The position numbers and the translations under genes were made by a program. A DNA stretch of 46,826 nt from contig NW_014577069.1 in NCBI RefSeq assembly GCF_000485595.1, positions 147,746-194,571 of the forward strand, given 5' to 3'. The DNA is from Priapulus caudatus (taxonomy: Eukaryota). The notes under the pieces were generated by a model. That model searched no databases and was not told where the DNA came from. It was given only the letters and a program-made list of their open reading frames with translations. Positions 14,756-29,281 of the stretch are shown here, piece after piece (within the stretch, counting starts at the first letter, position 1; every line of letters starts with the position of its first letter).

Positions 14756-17700
14756 TATATATAAAGTCTCGTGAACGTCTCGCAGATATAAAAGCGAAGA
14801 GGGAGAACTTTTTAAACAGTGCGTGTACACATATTTGGTGGTAGCTTCGAGTGAGCTAGCTAACCGTGTTAAGCTGCATTGTGTAGGTACAAGACCGCAC
14901 ACTGAGAGTCAAAATTGTAAACCTTGGAGCGAATAGGAAAAGATGTCGACGCGATACTATCTAATAGCAAACTGTTACCAGACGAAAGCGATTTTCAACA
15001 GCTTTCAACAACCTAGAACTGCGTATCAAAGTTATATATACGTTACATGATTCCCTTCCCATTCCCATAGCCACCCACCCGACACCTTCCCACTCCCATC
15101 AACCCAACACCTTTGTACTCACACTCCCATTGACCAAACGTATTCCAACACCCATCCAACATCGCTCCACTCCCACTCATGCTACCTATCCAGACACCTT
15201 CCCGCGGACGTGCCACTGCATCTGCCCAAAGACCACAATCCATAGGCCTTTCACGTCTTGTCAACCCCACCCACAGTCACGGCTATCGCCCGCCCGACAT
15301 CCCACTACAAAAAATTAATAAAAGTAAAACTTGCCTAGCGAGAGCCGAAACGGCCATTACACAGAATTATAGAATAATATAATATATCTATATATATCAC
15401 ATATTTAATTTACAAGCGAGGAGCCTGACATGACGAGACGCATGCGGCGGCCTGTGGGGCAAGTAATCCTGTTGATTCCGATCTGGCGGACGCTAATGAA
15501 CCCAGAATTCTTCGTGAGCACTGATGCATAGCTGGGCTATGAGCTAGCCATGAGCGGGGTTTGAACCCTAGGCACGCTTGGTTAGGCCAGGTAGTATTGA
15601 GTTTCTTAGCACGGAAAGGCCCTGAGGGTGCGTCCAGGCCAGGTTTTTTGCCGCCCCCAGTGAGTTCGTTTTTACGCCACCATGTGGTCTTAGTATTACA
15701 TGAAGACGGGACCGCCACTTATTATTTCGAGTAAGAAAATGCACAAATACGACTTCAACGTAATTGAGATTGCTTCAAGCATAATCGACCCATTCTACGC
15801 AACACCATCCCAATTCCACTCTCATCCACACCAGCAACCTTTCTACGCCCCACTCCCACCCCAAAACTTTCCTACTCACACTCCTACCACCAAACACCTT
15901 CCCACTCCAACACACCTTTCTACTCCCACTCCCCTTCCTAACGCCTCCTCACCGTGAATCGATCGTGACTGCGGTTCTGGTTTGCCGATAGTAGAAGTCG
16001 GAGTGTTCAATGTCGACGAGCGCGGGGAAGGGCTCGCTTGACTGTCTGCTGCGCTGCGTGCCGGCAGTCACGCCGTACGATATCTCGTCCCCGTCACCGT
16101 GACGATGAGCGTGGTGCCACTGCGAGTCAAAGATGCTCAGCTCGGAAGGTCGTCAGACCTTGTGCTTCTTCTTGTGATCTGCAACATTAGCATGTCGGCG
16201 GTGAAGACTTTCAGTGCTTAGCTCGCGTGTGTGTTATTAAAAGCGCGTAATGCTAATTAGTGAGGTGATGTAGTTGGTCAGTAGGTAGTATTCGCCGTTT
16301 TGATGTTGTTCGAAAAAAACGATGGTTTACTTCTTAGGATGAAAGATTACAGCGCGGTGACTCTCGCGCGCTTGTGAAACTTTAATAATTATTCTGACTT
16401 GTCGGTTGTGTGCTGTGCGTGTGTGTGCGCGCGTACGCGCGCGCGCGGTGTGCGTGCGTGGCGTATGCGTGTGCGTGCGCGCGGCGCTGTCTGAGTATAG
16501 CGCGCAGCCGTGTGTGTACAACGTACGTGTCACAGTCAGCTTGAGGCCTAGCACAAGTGACACCGACTTCACGCACGCAAGGTGGGTAACTACGTTGAGT
16601 GATTTGTGCATTTCTTACTCAAAGATACAATGGCGGGTCACTGCTTGAGCACCTATCCTTTGCAAAGACACAAAGGCTATCTTTCCCGTGAAGCGTTATT
16701 ATTGAGATCTGAGTTTAGGCTTGATGTTCGCTGTTGTTCGTGCAATCAACCCGTCTCTATCTGCGTGTGCAATTGGCGTATGCAATTGCGTGTGCCATCG
16801 ACCCCATGCCGCCGTGAGCGTGAGTAGATGAATGACTGATGGGTAGCGATTATCTAAGCTGCGAAAGGCCGAGACGCTTGGCAAAGTAGTGTGGATATAA
16901 TATATAATACGTAGTAATATATATATATATATATTGACGAGATATCGCCCGACGCGTTTCGCGCAGTGAGCTAATGTTAAAAGTTCAGTTGTGCAGGTAT
17001 ATGTAACTGCTCTTTTACAAATGACAAATGAACGAAGTCGTTCAAGTGCGGATAGTATATATATGTAGCGGTGATATATAACTCCACGCGGCTTATGTAA
17101 CCTTGCCTACGGCCGAGCGGCTCCCTTTTACACCGCGATGCGCAACATAAATTATAGTAAATTAAACCCTCAGGCCTGGGGTGGAGGTGGTGGGGGAGAT
17201 TTGCCACGAGTCGCAATTTCTCACTCGGCGTGGCTGCTGCAGGAACTCAACGGGAAAATGATTTTCGGCGGCTCGCTCACTGTTCGCGCAGCCGTGCATG
17301 GATATGGCACGACATATTCCGTGATTCCATCGGGCCGTCGCCAGGTCGGCAATGATTCCCTACGTAGCAATGCCGGCGTCTGGCATTCCGCACCTCTCTC
17401 TTCACAGACAGCCCCGCGGGCGGGAGTGTGTCCGCGCTCGCACCGGCCACACAAAACGCGGTGCGTACCCCACGTCGCGCATGACAATCCATCATATTCG
17501 ACGCCGTCGTAATGCGAATTCGTGATAAATATGAATTTATGCTCGTGCTTCTCACTGCGCACATCATGGCGCCGCCAGGGTCCGGAGTAAATCCATTGTC
17601 ATGCTATATTGTACTGCACAAAAGCGTGACGATCCTAACACACCGACTGTTATAATGCTTGTTTGCGAGTGCGGGCTTTAGTAAGCCCTCCTCAGCGCCT

Positions 17701-19015
17701 GACGTGACGAGAGAACATCTAGCTAGTAGCTAGACTCACATCATAAACGCTCGGCAATTTCGCACACTTCTCGACGATTTGATCCGGCCAACCTCGGAGG
17801 CGCCACCGTCGCTACTAACCCCGCGGTACGCCACCGCGATGGCTCTAAGCAATCTAACAAATAACAACAAGCATCTAAACGCCATCACCGACTGACATCT
17901 AATTACAACAAGCATCTAACCGCATTCACGAGGGTGGTTGACGCATCACTGTCGGAGATTGTAGAGTGAGATTGCCGCACGCGTACACCATCGAAACAAA
18001 GCACTGCGGAAATTACAATCAAGAGCGTATGACTACCCTTATGAATACGCTTTGGTTACAATGTATTTCGTATACGCGTCGACCCCGCATCGAACCCTCC
18101 TCCTCCGACATGCGGGGCGGTCATCCGGGAGACGGGGCCGCGCCGACGCCGCCTGCTGGATAAACATCGTTGTTTGGTTTGGAGGCGGTTTCAGTGCCTC
18201 ACTTACAGTGGGGCGAGCACAACCCTCAGCGCTGCACGGCCGGGCTGCGGCGGCAGCAGCAACAACGTCAACAGCTTTTCCCGCGTTAATTAAACTAATC
18301 ACGTGTCTGATCACGTGCCGATTTCACGCCGGCTGGAGTCTTTCACTGATTGCGGAACGGCTTTGATATTTTGTGGGCGCGCGTAAACCGTTATATACCG
18401 ATGAGATGTATGTTTGCTCCTTGGGAGTTATATACTCTTGACATTTTCAAGCCTCTGCCGGCCGATTTTGTCTAGATATATTCGGGTGTAGCGGCCGGTC
18501 TCTCTGGTATAGAGATCGGGCTTAACGAGGAAAAAATGTCTCCACATCGCTCTTATCCGGTGTAGCGCGGTATACATACCCCTTATGGCAAACTTCCCGT
18601 CCCCTACATCGCGCATGTGCACTGGCGCGTCTAACAGAATGCGTGGCGTATTGCGCATGGACATGGAGATTTGATCTTTTATTGCTCATGCGCAATGTAG
18701 AGAGGGACGTTTTCTATACGGGGGCTGTATAAAATGCTACATCGGCTGTACTATCAAGGCGGTCTGATAGAAGTTTTGCCGTCTATCGATCGGTGCTGCT
18801 ACTATAATGATTTTATTCATTTATGTTGTTATCATTCAACTACATAGCCAGACGCCGCTGTGATGTGTTCCGCGCGGTGTTGTCACTGCGTACTGTGAGG
18901 TATTATTTTGTGATCGCTCAACTCAAAACATAAACGTAGATTTCTTGACAATCCTCCGTTTCCAATTTGTCAGCGCGCGCTTACGCATGCGCGAGTCTAC
19001 ACGTGAGTGCACTCG

Positions 19016-19102
<87 letters not shown>

Positions 19103-22100
19103 CGCATGTGCAAGAGTGTAGAGCGTGCGCGCATGCGCGCTTGTGTATATACGGCGCGTTTATAATAGGCATCGTGCGCGTGTGCTATGCGCGTGAGTAT
19201 GTGCTGTGCATGGGTCTAAACGCGTACGTGTTGTAATGCGTGCATGTGCGTGCGTGCGTGCGTGTGCGTGCGTGCGTGTGCGTGCGTGCGCCGTTCGCGC
19301 TGCGTACGTAACCGGAGTACTCGTACAGAACGAAGCCCGTGCGATCCTCAGAACCCAGTCTCACGGCACGCAGATTCTCCTTAGCACGGAAAGAAAAATG
19401 TACTACTCCGTCTTCCTGTAGCGATCGTTGACCTTCATCGTGACCTGCGATACAAGAAAAAATGAAAAAAAAATAAAGTTGCAGTTCTCGCTTGTCACTT
19501 GTCCACTAGCTCACAGTCCTGGTCCAGTGACGAGATATCGGGAGGATATGTCACCATAAATGAACGTGGAGCGAAAATCTTTTGCCGCGACCAAGATTGC
19601 CACTGGGGCTGTGGACGTGTGATGTTAATGCCATACGATACTACCACTACTACTACGCTCCATAGTGTCACACTACTGGTGACACGGATCGAGTAATCGC
19701 TAAGCTGACCACCGTATTAGGGATGGCGGTGAATCCATCCAGCTAGCACTGATTGAACTGCGGCACGACACACAATATGGGGGAATATACGGGGAATATA
19801 CGGGAGATTTACAGGGGATGTACGGCCGGATATACGGAATATACGAAGAAATGTACGCGGGATGTACGGGGAATGAACGGGGAGTGTACGAAGAATGTAC
19901 GGGGGATGTACGGGGGTGTACGAAGAATGTACGGGGTATACGGGAGACATACGGTGGATATACAAGCGGATATAACTGAGGATTTACGGGGAGGGATGGT
20001 ACATGTTGTGTCGTTTTTCCGATGATGCTGGCAGCTTCTAACAATGTCTTATCCGCAGAAAATCGGTACATGCGTATCCTGACTAAAGAATATTGTGCTG
20101 AATTGAATGTTTTATCGCGAGTAAGGCAGAAGCGTTTGCAATGCGCAACGACGAACATCAGATAGGTGATCTCGCTTGACACGTTGGACAACATATGTGA
20201 CGATTATGACACGAAAAGGGTTCAACATACAGGCTCGCATATCTCCGCACATATAATGCAGCGCAAAATCCGTCTGCTCGCGTTCTGAACCGGCACGCGC
20301 TAGTAATAATAAATATAATTAAAAAAATATAATAAAATAATTAATAAATAATATTAATTATAAATAAATATAAAGCGCACAGGTGCAGAATAAACACCCG
20401 ATCACAACAACTAATTAACCGGATCCAACGCGTTCTTCCTACGCGATCTAAGACTCTTTACCTCGTCCAGTCACTCGCTCAACTGGTCGCTGAGAGCTCC
20501 CAGAGATCGGCTATAGATGTTACGCTATACTTCACTATACTCTTTACTACAACTCGGCTATACTTTGCGTTCGATGGTCCTTTGCGCTGTGCCCACGTTT
20601 TCAGCGGTGCCAACGTGTTGTTTCAATCGTAAGCAAAGTTAATCGTATAATTCGTTTTCAGCTGTAACGTGTATTTTCCCGTTCCTAAGCCAAGTTTAAT
20701 CGTATAATTTCGGGGAAGCGTCGGTTTGAAATACGGCCCCGTGATTGAGGTGCAGCGAGTGCTTCAAGCTTCCACTGAACATGAAGCTACAACTTGCCTA
20801 GCTCACATTAACGTCGCGTTCATTTAGTGGTGTATCTGTCCAGCAGTAACACACTAAATCCGGTCTCGGTAGCGCCGTCAAAAGATTACATCCTGAACAA
20901 AAGGTGAGGAAAGCACTACGGCGTCACGAATTGAGCCGCAAGGAGGGTGGCCCTCAAAAAGCGAAGCTCGTCGCAAATTGCGGACTGCCGTTCCTTCCAG
21001 CACAGTTCTGGGAATTATTGGACTTGATTGAATCAGGCAGTGACGGGACAGAGCTGGGTGATCAGCAGTGTGGACGTTCGCAGAGATGTCTAACAGCTGA
21101 GAGAGAAGATTGGCAGGCAAGTCGTGACGAGGTGGTTTACTGCAGAGAGGGAAGGGGGCAGCTGAATAACGGGGGATAGACGATCGGAGGGCCGGGAACA
21201 GTATGCTGAGACAGGGGTTATCACCATTAGCGGCAAACACCGAAGAACCAGCCGTAAATACCAAAATATCATCACATATCATTATCATCAACCCACATTG
21301 ACATCCAGACATCAGCGGAACAGTAAAATCATGGTGAGCCAAATAGCGAGTTGTACACCAACATCAATAACAACGCCAACACCAACATCAGCATCAGCAC
21401 TAACATCAGCAACAACACCAGCAATAACATCAGCAACAACACCAGCAATAACATGAACGCCTCAACTATTCAGCACCTTATCACCATTCTTCTTTACCTA
21501 TTGAGAACAACAACAGCCAATAAGACAAAAAACATACAATCATTAGCACTAAACAACATTCACCTCGGGCACGGAAAACATACAGGCACCGAACCACTCA
21601 GCACCATATTAGCATCACCAAGGAAAGCAAAATGAGTCCTGGCTGGGATCATACAAGGGGGGGGGGGGAGGCTTTGTCCTGTGGAAATGTTGCACACTAA
21701 TAGAGCATCGCAGGATAGCTATCACCCTAAACACCAGCATCACATCACAGCAGAGAATAATATGCCTACTAACATCAGCCCATACATCAGCGAGCGCGTA
21801 ACATCAGGCACCAACTACGTATCACCTGAAGATTATTGATAGCACCAACATAACAGCTACCAAGATCATGCCCATCGCCTATCATCAGCACCAACATCAA
21901 CATCACATGCAAGCATGCAACTAATCTACGATCTGATCACCAAACATCAGTATTCAAACATCATCATGTGCGCACCATCATCCGTACAACCCACCATATC
22001 ACCAACATCAAATTACCAACATCAACACAACATGCAAGCATCACGGCGATATCACACGATGACCAACACTATGCGCCAACATCAGCACCAACATCTAGCA

Positions 22101-25100
22101 CCAACTTCAAGCACCAACATCGACACCACATCAGCACCGAACATGCCAGCACGCGGTGAATCACAGGCACCGTAAACTATCGATGCACCAACATCGAAGC
22201 ACCAGATCATCAGCCACCAAACATGCGCAACGAACATCAGCACCAACATCGATCAGCCAACATCAGTATCAACATGATCTATGCACCTGTGGGTGCGATG
22301 CCCAACTCCAAAACTATCACCAACATCAGCGCCAACATCAAGCACCGAACCTCAGCAACCAACGTTTCAACAGCAGTAAGATCAGCATCAACCATCAGTA
22401 CAACACAGGGCAGGCAGCGACAACATCAACAGGGTCGTCCGGAATCAGTGAATCTCAACTCCTATTGAGTGATGCGCTAGGCTGTCTGCGGGACCATCTC
22501 TCATTTGACAATCGCTGAATTTAACGGCAAGCTTACGTTACGTGCACCGTTTACACGTCGCGATTTCTTAGCGAACGATCCGTCCGTTTTAGATCGTAAA
22601 GCAAGTGTGTTCAATCACAGTATCGGTTGCTTGGAACAGAGCCTAATAAGTGGCCTGGGATTATCGCGTGCTGCTCGGTATTGTCAAATAAGTTAGGCTA
22701 GTGTAGCAGTATAATACGTATCGTAAATCAGCAACAGAAGAAATAAGCAAAAACAGCGTGAAATATTATCGAATTGAAACGACACGAGTCCGGTGTAAAA
22801 CAAATTGCCGACATTTGCATCCCGCGAAATACCATCAGACTGTTGTGATAGTGATTGTTGATCTGAGCCGAAAACGAGCGCTTGCAGACGTCCGATAGTA
22901 GGTACAAATTAAACGTATTTATAATATTGTCGGCGCAATTGATGATAGAATAACATCCACTATATGCGGAGAAAATTTAATGGCTACAGTGAACCCGCTT
23001 TAGCTAATAGTCAGAGTAAGATCTTCACGCCATGGCACTGTAATCATGTCGGAGCAAAAATTGAGATAGAATCGTGAGAAATCATGTGTGTAAAAACTAC
23101 CGACACATCTAAAACGCAGCTTAGGATAGAAAAACCTGACCCACGATAACACCGTGAGGAAGACCCCATTCATCGAATGTCGGTAGCACGCGACTGGCGC
23201 CGACGGCGATTCGCGCGGGCATGACACTTAACACAGTCGAAGCCATTTCAATGAACGGCAGTTGAAAATTAGTAAATACTGCGTCCTAAAGCCTTCGAGT
23301 TAACTCGTAATTCGTATATAGGAGCTAGGCGGCGTGCGCGCCGGATACACCTTTTTCTTGCTCGTCCGTTCCGGCAACGGGTCGCCCCTGTCACTGTTTG
23401 AAAACCCGATGTATTCTTAATTTTCGTTCGTGCACGATGACCACGCCATTAGGACGCCGCGTAGTTCTTGCACAATATACTTGCCGATTCTGTTCGCAAA
23501 TTTGAAACAGAGAAACGACAACGACGATGACACATTAGAGAAGAGAGAAAGAGACAGATGAGTAGTAGAGATGAGAAAAGACGAGAGAGAGAGACGAGAG
23601 AGAGACGAGAGAAAGGGGTAAGAGGAGAAGAGACAGAGAGAGGAGATGAGAGAGAGAGAGGAGAGAGAAAGCAAATGAGGATAGAGAGAGAAAAAAAAGA
23701 GAGAACAACACAGAGAAAGACAAAGACACACNNNNNNNNNNGATCCAGGTAGTTTAGTTTTTTAGCCGAAAGGCACTGAGGGTGGTCACAGCAAGAGTTT
23801 TTTTGCGCCCTCAGTGGTTCTTTTACGTCCCCATTGGTCTTAGTATTACTGAAGACGGGACCGCCACTTATATTTGAGTAAGAAATGCACAAATACACTC
23901 AACGTATTGATTGTTCAACATAATTCACCCATCTACGCAACACCATCCCAATTCCACACTCCCAGCACCTTTCTACGCCCACTCCCACCCCAAAACTTTC
24001 CTACTCACACTCCCACCCACCCAACACCTTCCCACTCCCACCTCCTCTCCCACTCTCACTAACGCCTTCCTCACCGTGAATCGATCGTGACTGCGGTTCT
24101 TGTTTCCGATGTAGAAGTCGGAGTGTTCGATGTCGACGAGCGCGGGGAAGGCTCGCTTGACTGTCTTGCTGCGCTGCGTGCCGCAGTCTACGGCGTACGA
24201 TATCTCGTCTCCCGTCACCGTGACGATGAGCGTGTGCCACTGCGAGTCAAAGATGCTCAGCTCGGAGAAGGTCGTCAGACGCTTGTGCTTCTTCTTGTGA
24301 TCTGCAACATTAGCATGTCGGCGGTGAAGACTTTCAGTGCTTAGCTCGCGTGTGTGTTATTAAAAGCGCGTAATGCTATTAGTGAGGTGATTGTAGTGTA
24401 GGGCAGTAGTAGTATCGCCGGGTTTTGATGTTGTTCGAAAAAAACGATGGTTTACTTCTTAGGATGAAAGATTAAGCGCGGTGACTCTCGCGCGGCTTGT
24501 GAAACTTTAATTAATTATTCTGAGCTTGGTCGGTTGTGTGCTTGTGCGTGTGTGTGCGCGCGGACGCGCGCGCGGGTGTGCGTGCGTGTGCGTATGCGTG
24601 TGCGTGCACGCGCGCGTGTCTGAGTATGCGCGCGCGTGTGTGTACAACGTACTGTTTCACAGTCAGCTGAGGCCTAGCACAGTGACACCGACTTCACGCA
24701 CGCAAGGTGGGTATACGTTGAGTGTATTTGTGCATTTCTTACTCAAAGATAAATGGCGGGTCACTGCTTGAGCACTCTATCCTTTGCAAAGACACAAAGG
24801 CTATCTTTCCCGTGAAGCGTTATTATTGAGATCTGAGTTTAGGCTTGATGTTCGCTGTTGTTCAGGTGCAATCAACCCGTCTCTATCTGCGTGTGCAATT
24901 GCGTATGCAATTGCGTGTGCCCATCGACCCCATGCCGCCGTGAGGCGTGAGTAGATGAATGACTGATGGGTAGCGATTATCTAAGCTGCGAAAGGCCGAG
25001 ACGCTTGGCAAAGTAAATATAGATATATAATACGTAGTAATATATATATATATATATTGACGAGAATATCGCCCGAGCGTTTCGCGCAAGTGAGCTAATG

Positions 25101-28100
25101 TTAAAAGTTCAGTTGTGCAGTTATGTCGTAACTGCTCATTTTAGCAAATGACAAATGAAGAAAGTCGTTCAACGTGCGGATAGTAATAATATGTTAGGCG
25201 GTGATATATACCCAGCGCGGCTTATGTAACCTTGCCTACGGCCGAGCGGCTCCTCTTTTAGACGGACAGCGATGCGCAAACATCAATAATTATTAGATCA
25301 ATTAAACCCTCCGGCCTGGGGTGGAGTGGTGGGGAAGATTTGCCCAGGAGTCGCAATTTCTCACTCGGCGATGGCTGCATGCAGAGAACAATGCAACGGA
25401 AAAGATTTTCGGCGGCTCGCTCTACATGTTTCGCGGCAGACGTGCATGGATATGGCAGTCGACATAATCCGTGATTCCAAGTCGGCCGTCGCCAGTCGCA
25501 AATGATTCCCTACGGTAACAATGCCGGCCGTCTGGCATTCGCAGCCGCTTCTCTTCACAGACAGCGACCCCCGCGGGCGGGAGTGTGGTCCGCGCTCAGC
25601 GAACGCCAGACAAAACGCGGTGCGTACCCACCGTCGGCGCATGACAATCCAAATGGCAATATTCGAGCGCCGTCGTAAGCGAATCGTGATAACATATGAA
25701 ATTATGCTCGGTTCTTCTCAACTGCGCACATCATGGCGTACCGCAGGTCCGGCAGTAAATGCCATGTCTATGCCTATATTGTAGCTGCATACAAAACGTA
25801 ACGAATCCTAACACACACGACTGTTATTAAGCTTGTTTGCCGAGTGCCGGGCTTAGGTTAGACCGCCTCCCAGCGCCTCGAACGTACGAAGAAACATCTA
25901 GCTAGTACTAGCTCACTATCATAAACGGCTCGGCGCTATGCAACTTTGCACGACCTTCATCGACGATTTATCCGCCGAACCATCACGGAGGCGCCAACCA
26001 CCGCGGTCGCTACTAACCGCCGCGGATGGGACGACAGCCACCGCATGGCACTACAGCAAATATAACAAATAACACCACAAGCATTCTAAGAGCCATCACC
26101 GACTGACAATCTTAATTATACACAAGCATCATAAACCAGCATTCACGAGGTGGTTGATCGCATCACATTGTCGAGAATTGCTAGATGTGAGATTGCCGCA
26201 CAGCCGTACACCATCGGAAACAAACACTAGCGCGAAATTCAAAATCAGAGAGCGTATGACACTACCTTAGAATACGCTTTGGTACAATGTATATTCGTAT
26301 ACGCGTCGACCGCCCGCATCGAACCGCTCCTCCCTCCGACAAATGCGGGGCGGTCATTCCGGAGACGGGCCGCCGCCGCGCCGCCTGCTGATTAAACATA
26401 ACGTGTGTTTGTGTTGAGCGTTCAGTGCCCATCACTTACAGTGGGCGAGCATCAACCCTCTAGCGCTGCACAGGCCGGCTGCGGCGCGCAGCGAGCAACA
26501 ACGTCAACAGCTTTTCCACGCGTTCAAATTAAACAATATCACGTGTCGATCACGTGCCGATTCCACCGCAGGCTGGAGATCTTACACTGATTGCGGAACG
26601 GCTTGAATTTTGTGGGCCAGCGCGTAAAACAACGTTAATATACCGATGAGATGTATTGTTTGCTCCTTGGCGAGTTCATTATACTCTTGAATTTCAAAGC
26701 CTCTGCCGCCGATTTTTGTCTAGACTATGACTTCGGGGTCGAGCGGCCGGGTCTCTCTGCGTATAGAGATCGGCTTTAACGAGAAAAAATGTCTCCGACA
26801 TCGTCTTATACCGGTGTACGCGTATACATACCTCGCTTATGGCAAACTTCCCGTCCCTAGCATCGGCGCACATGGTGCAAACTGGCGCGCTCTAAACAGA
26901 ATGCGTGGCGTATTAGCGCATGGACATCGGAGATTTCGATCTTTTATTGCTCATGCGCAATGTTAGAGGGGACGTTTTCTATCACGGGGGCGTTAGATAA
27001 CAATGCCTACACCTCGGCTGTATACAAGGCACGTCTGATCAGAATTTTGCCCGTCTATCGATCGGTGCTGCTACTATACATCGATTTTAATTCTTATCGT
27101 TGTTAATCATTCAACCCTACACCAGCCATGACCGCCGCTGTGAGTGTTTCCGCGAGCGGTGTTGTCACCCTCGGCGTACCTGTGAGGTATTATTTTGTGA
27201 TCGCTCCAAACTAAAACATACAACGTAAGATTTCTTGAAATGCCTCCGTTTCCAAATTTGTCAGCCGCCGCGCATTACCGATAGCGCGATTCTAACACGT
27301 GAGTGCGCATCGTCTCTCTCTCTCTCTCTCTACTCTCGTCACTCCTCCCAGACGCTGTGATGGTACTGGATCCGTCCCCTCCTCTATCTCCTCTTCCTCC
27401 TCTTGTGTGTGTGGTGGTGGTGTGTGTGTGTGTGTGTGTGGGACGTGTGTGTGTGTCGTTCGTTGTGGTGTGTGCGAATGTGTGTGCATGTGCAAGAGTG
27501 TAGAGCGTGCGCGCATGCGCGCTTGTGTATATACGTGCGCGTTCATATAGCATCGTGCGCGTGTGGCTATGCGCGTGAGTATGTGCTTGCATGGGTCTAC
27601 GCGTACGTGTGTATGCGTGCATGTGCGTGCGTGCGTGTACGTGCGTGCGTGTACGTGCGTGCGTGTACGTGCGTGCGTGTACGTGCGTGCGTGTACGTGC
27701 GTGCGTGTGCGTGCGTGGCGCCTTCGCGCTGCGTACATACCTGAGTACTCGTACAGAACGATGCCCGGTGCGATCCTCAGACCCAGTCTCACGGCACGCA
27801 GATTCTCCCTTAGCACGGAGAAGATGTACTCCGTCTTCCTGTAGCGATCGTTGACCTTCATCGTGACCTGCGATAATAAAAAATAAAAAATAAAAGTTGC
27901 AGTTCTCGCTTGTCACTTGTCACTGCTCACAGTCCTGTCCAGTGACGAGGATACCGGGCGGATATGGCATATGTGGTGAACTCTTTTGCAACTGGATTGC
28001 CCGTGGGGCTGTGGAGGTGTGATGTTGATGCCATACGATACTACTACTATACTACTACTGCTCATAGTGTCACACTACTGGTGACACGTCGAGTAATCGC

Positions 28101-29249
28101 TAGCTGACAACCGTATTAGGGATGGCATGAATCCATCCAGCTAGCACTGATTAAACTGCGGCACGATACACATATGGGGGAATATACGGGGAATATACGG
28201 GAGATTTACAGGGGATGTACGGCGGATATACGGGAATGTATGAAGAATGTACGGGGGATGTACGGGGAATGAACGGGGGTGTACGAAGAATGTACGGGGG
28301 ATGTACGGGGGTGTACGAATAATGTACGGGGGTATACGGGAGACATACGGTGGATATACAAGGGATATACTGAGGATTTACGGGGAGGATGGTACATGTT
28401 TGTCGTTTTCCGATGATGCTGGCAGCTTCACAATGTCTTATCCGCAGAAAATCGGTACATGCGTATCCTGACTAACAGAATATTTGTGCTGAATTGAATG
28501 TTTATCCAGGTAAGGCAGAAGCGTTTGAATCGACGATCATAGATAGGTGATCTCGCTTGACACGTTGACAACATATGTGACGATTATGACACGAAAAGGG
28601 TTCCACATATAATGCAGCGCAAACCCGTCTGCTCGCGTTCTGAACCCACGCGCTAGTAATAATAATATAATTAAAAAATATAATAAAATAATTAATAAAT
28701 AATATTAATTATAAATAAATATAAAGGGCACAGTGCAGAATAAACACCGATCACAACGACTATAACCGGATCCAACGCGTTCTTCCTACGCGATCTAACT
28801 CTTTACCTCTCACTCACTCGCTCACTGGTCGCTGAGAGCTCCCAGAGATCGGCTATAGATGTTACGCTATACTTCACTATACTCTTTACTACACTCGGCT
28901 ATACTTTCGCGTTCGATGGTCTTTGCCGCGCCACGTTTTCAGCGGTGCCAACGTGTTGTTCAATCGTAAGCAAAGTTAATCGTATAATTCGTTTTCAGCT
29001 GTAACGTGTATTTTCCGTTCTTAAGCAAAGTTAATCGTATAATTTCGGGGAAGCGTCGGTTTGAATACGGCCCGTGATTGAGGTGCAGCGAGTGCTTCAG
29101 TCTTCACTGAAGCATGAAGCTACAACTTGCCTAGCTCCATTAACGTCGCGTTCAATTTAGTGGTGTATCTGTCCAGCGTAACAACTAAATCCGTACTCGG
29201 TAGCGGTATCACCATTAGCGCAAACACCAGCAACAGCGTCAATACCAAT

Positions 29250-29281
<32 letters not shown>

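Larger units (their letters stand above)
15587..23731. repeat. ~8.1-kb tandem segmental duplication, copy 1
   Basis: Colinear with 23742-31760 throughout (e.g. gaagacgggaccgccactt at ~15703 and ~23851; exons C'/C and B'/B; gacacttaacacagtcgaa at ~23223 and ~31311). Ends in a GA tract at the N gap. Confidence 0.95.

Noticed and set aside
15335..15354. Helitron-like 3' end (GCCG-TTT-CGGC hairpin then CTAG on the minus strand)
   Set aside because: The stem is only 4 bp, CTAG is not followed by T, and no matching 5' end was found.
15410..15718. ORF between exons C' and D (and its counterpart 23449-23898) as an extra TSPEAR exon
   Set aside because: Homology runs directly from exon C (DRFT) to exon D (GLLKNL), and the two copies disagree in frame.
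18650..18696. 10-bp inverted repeat attgcgcatg...catgcgcaat
   Set aside because: Short and built on a GCGCATG motif common in this window; no element boundaries could be defined.
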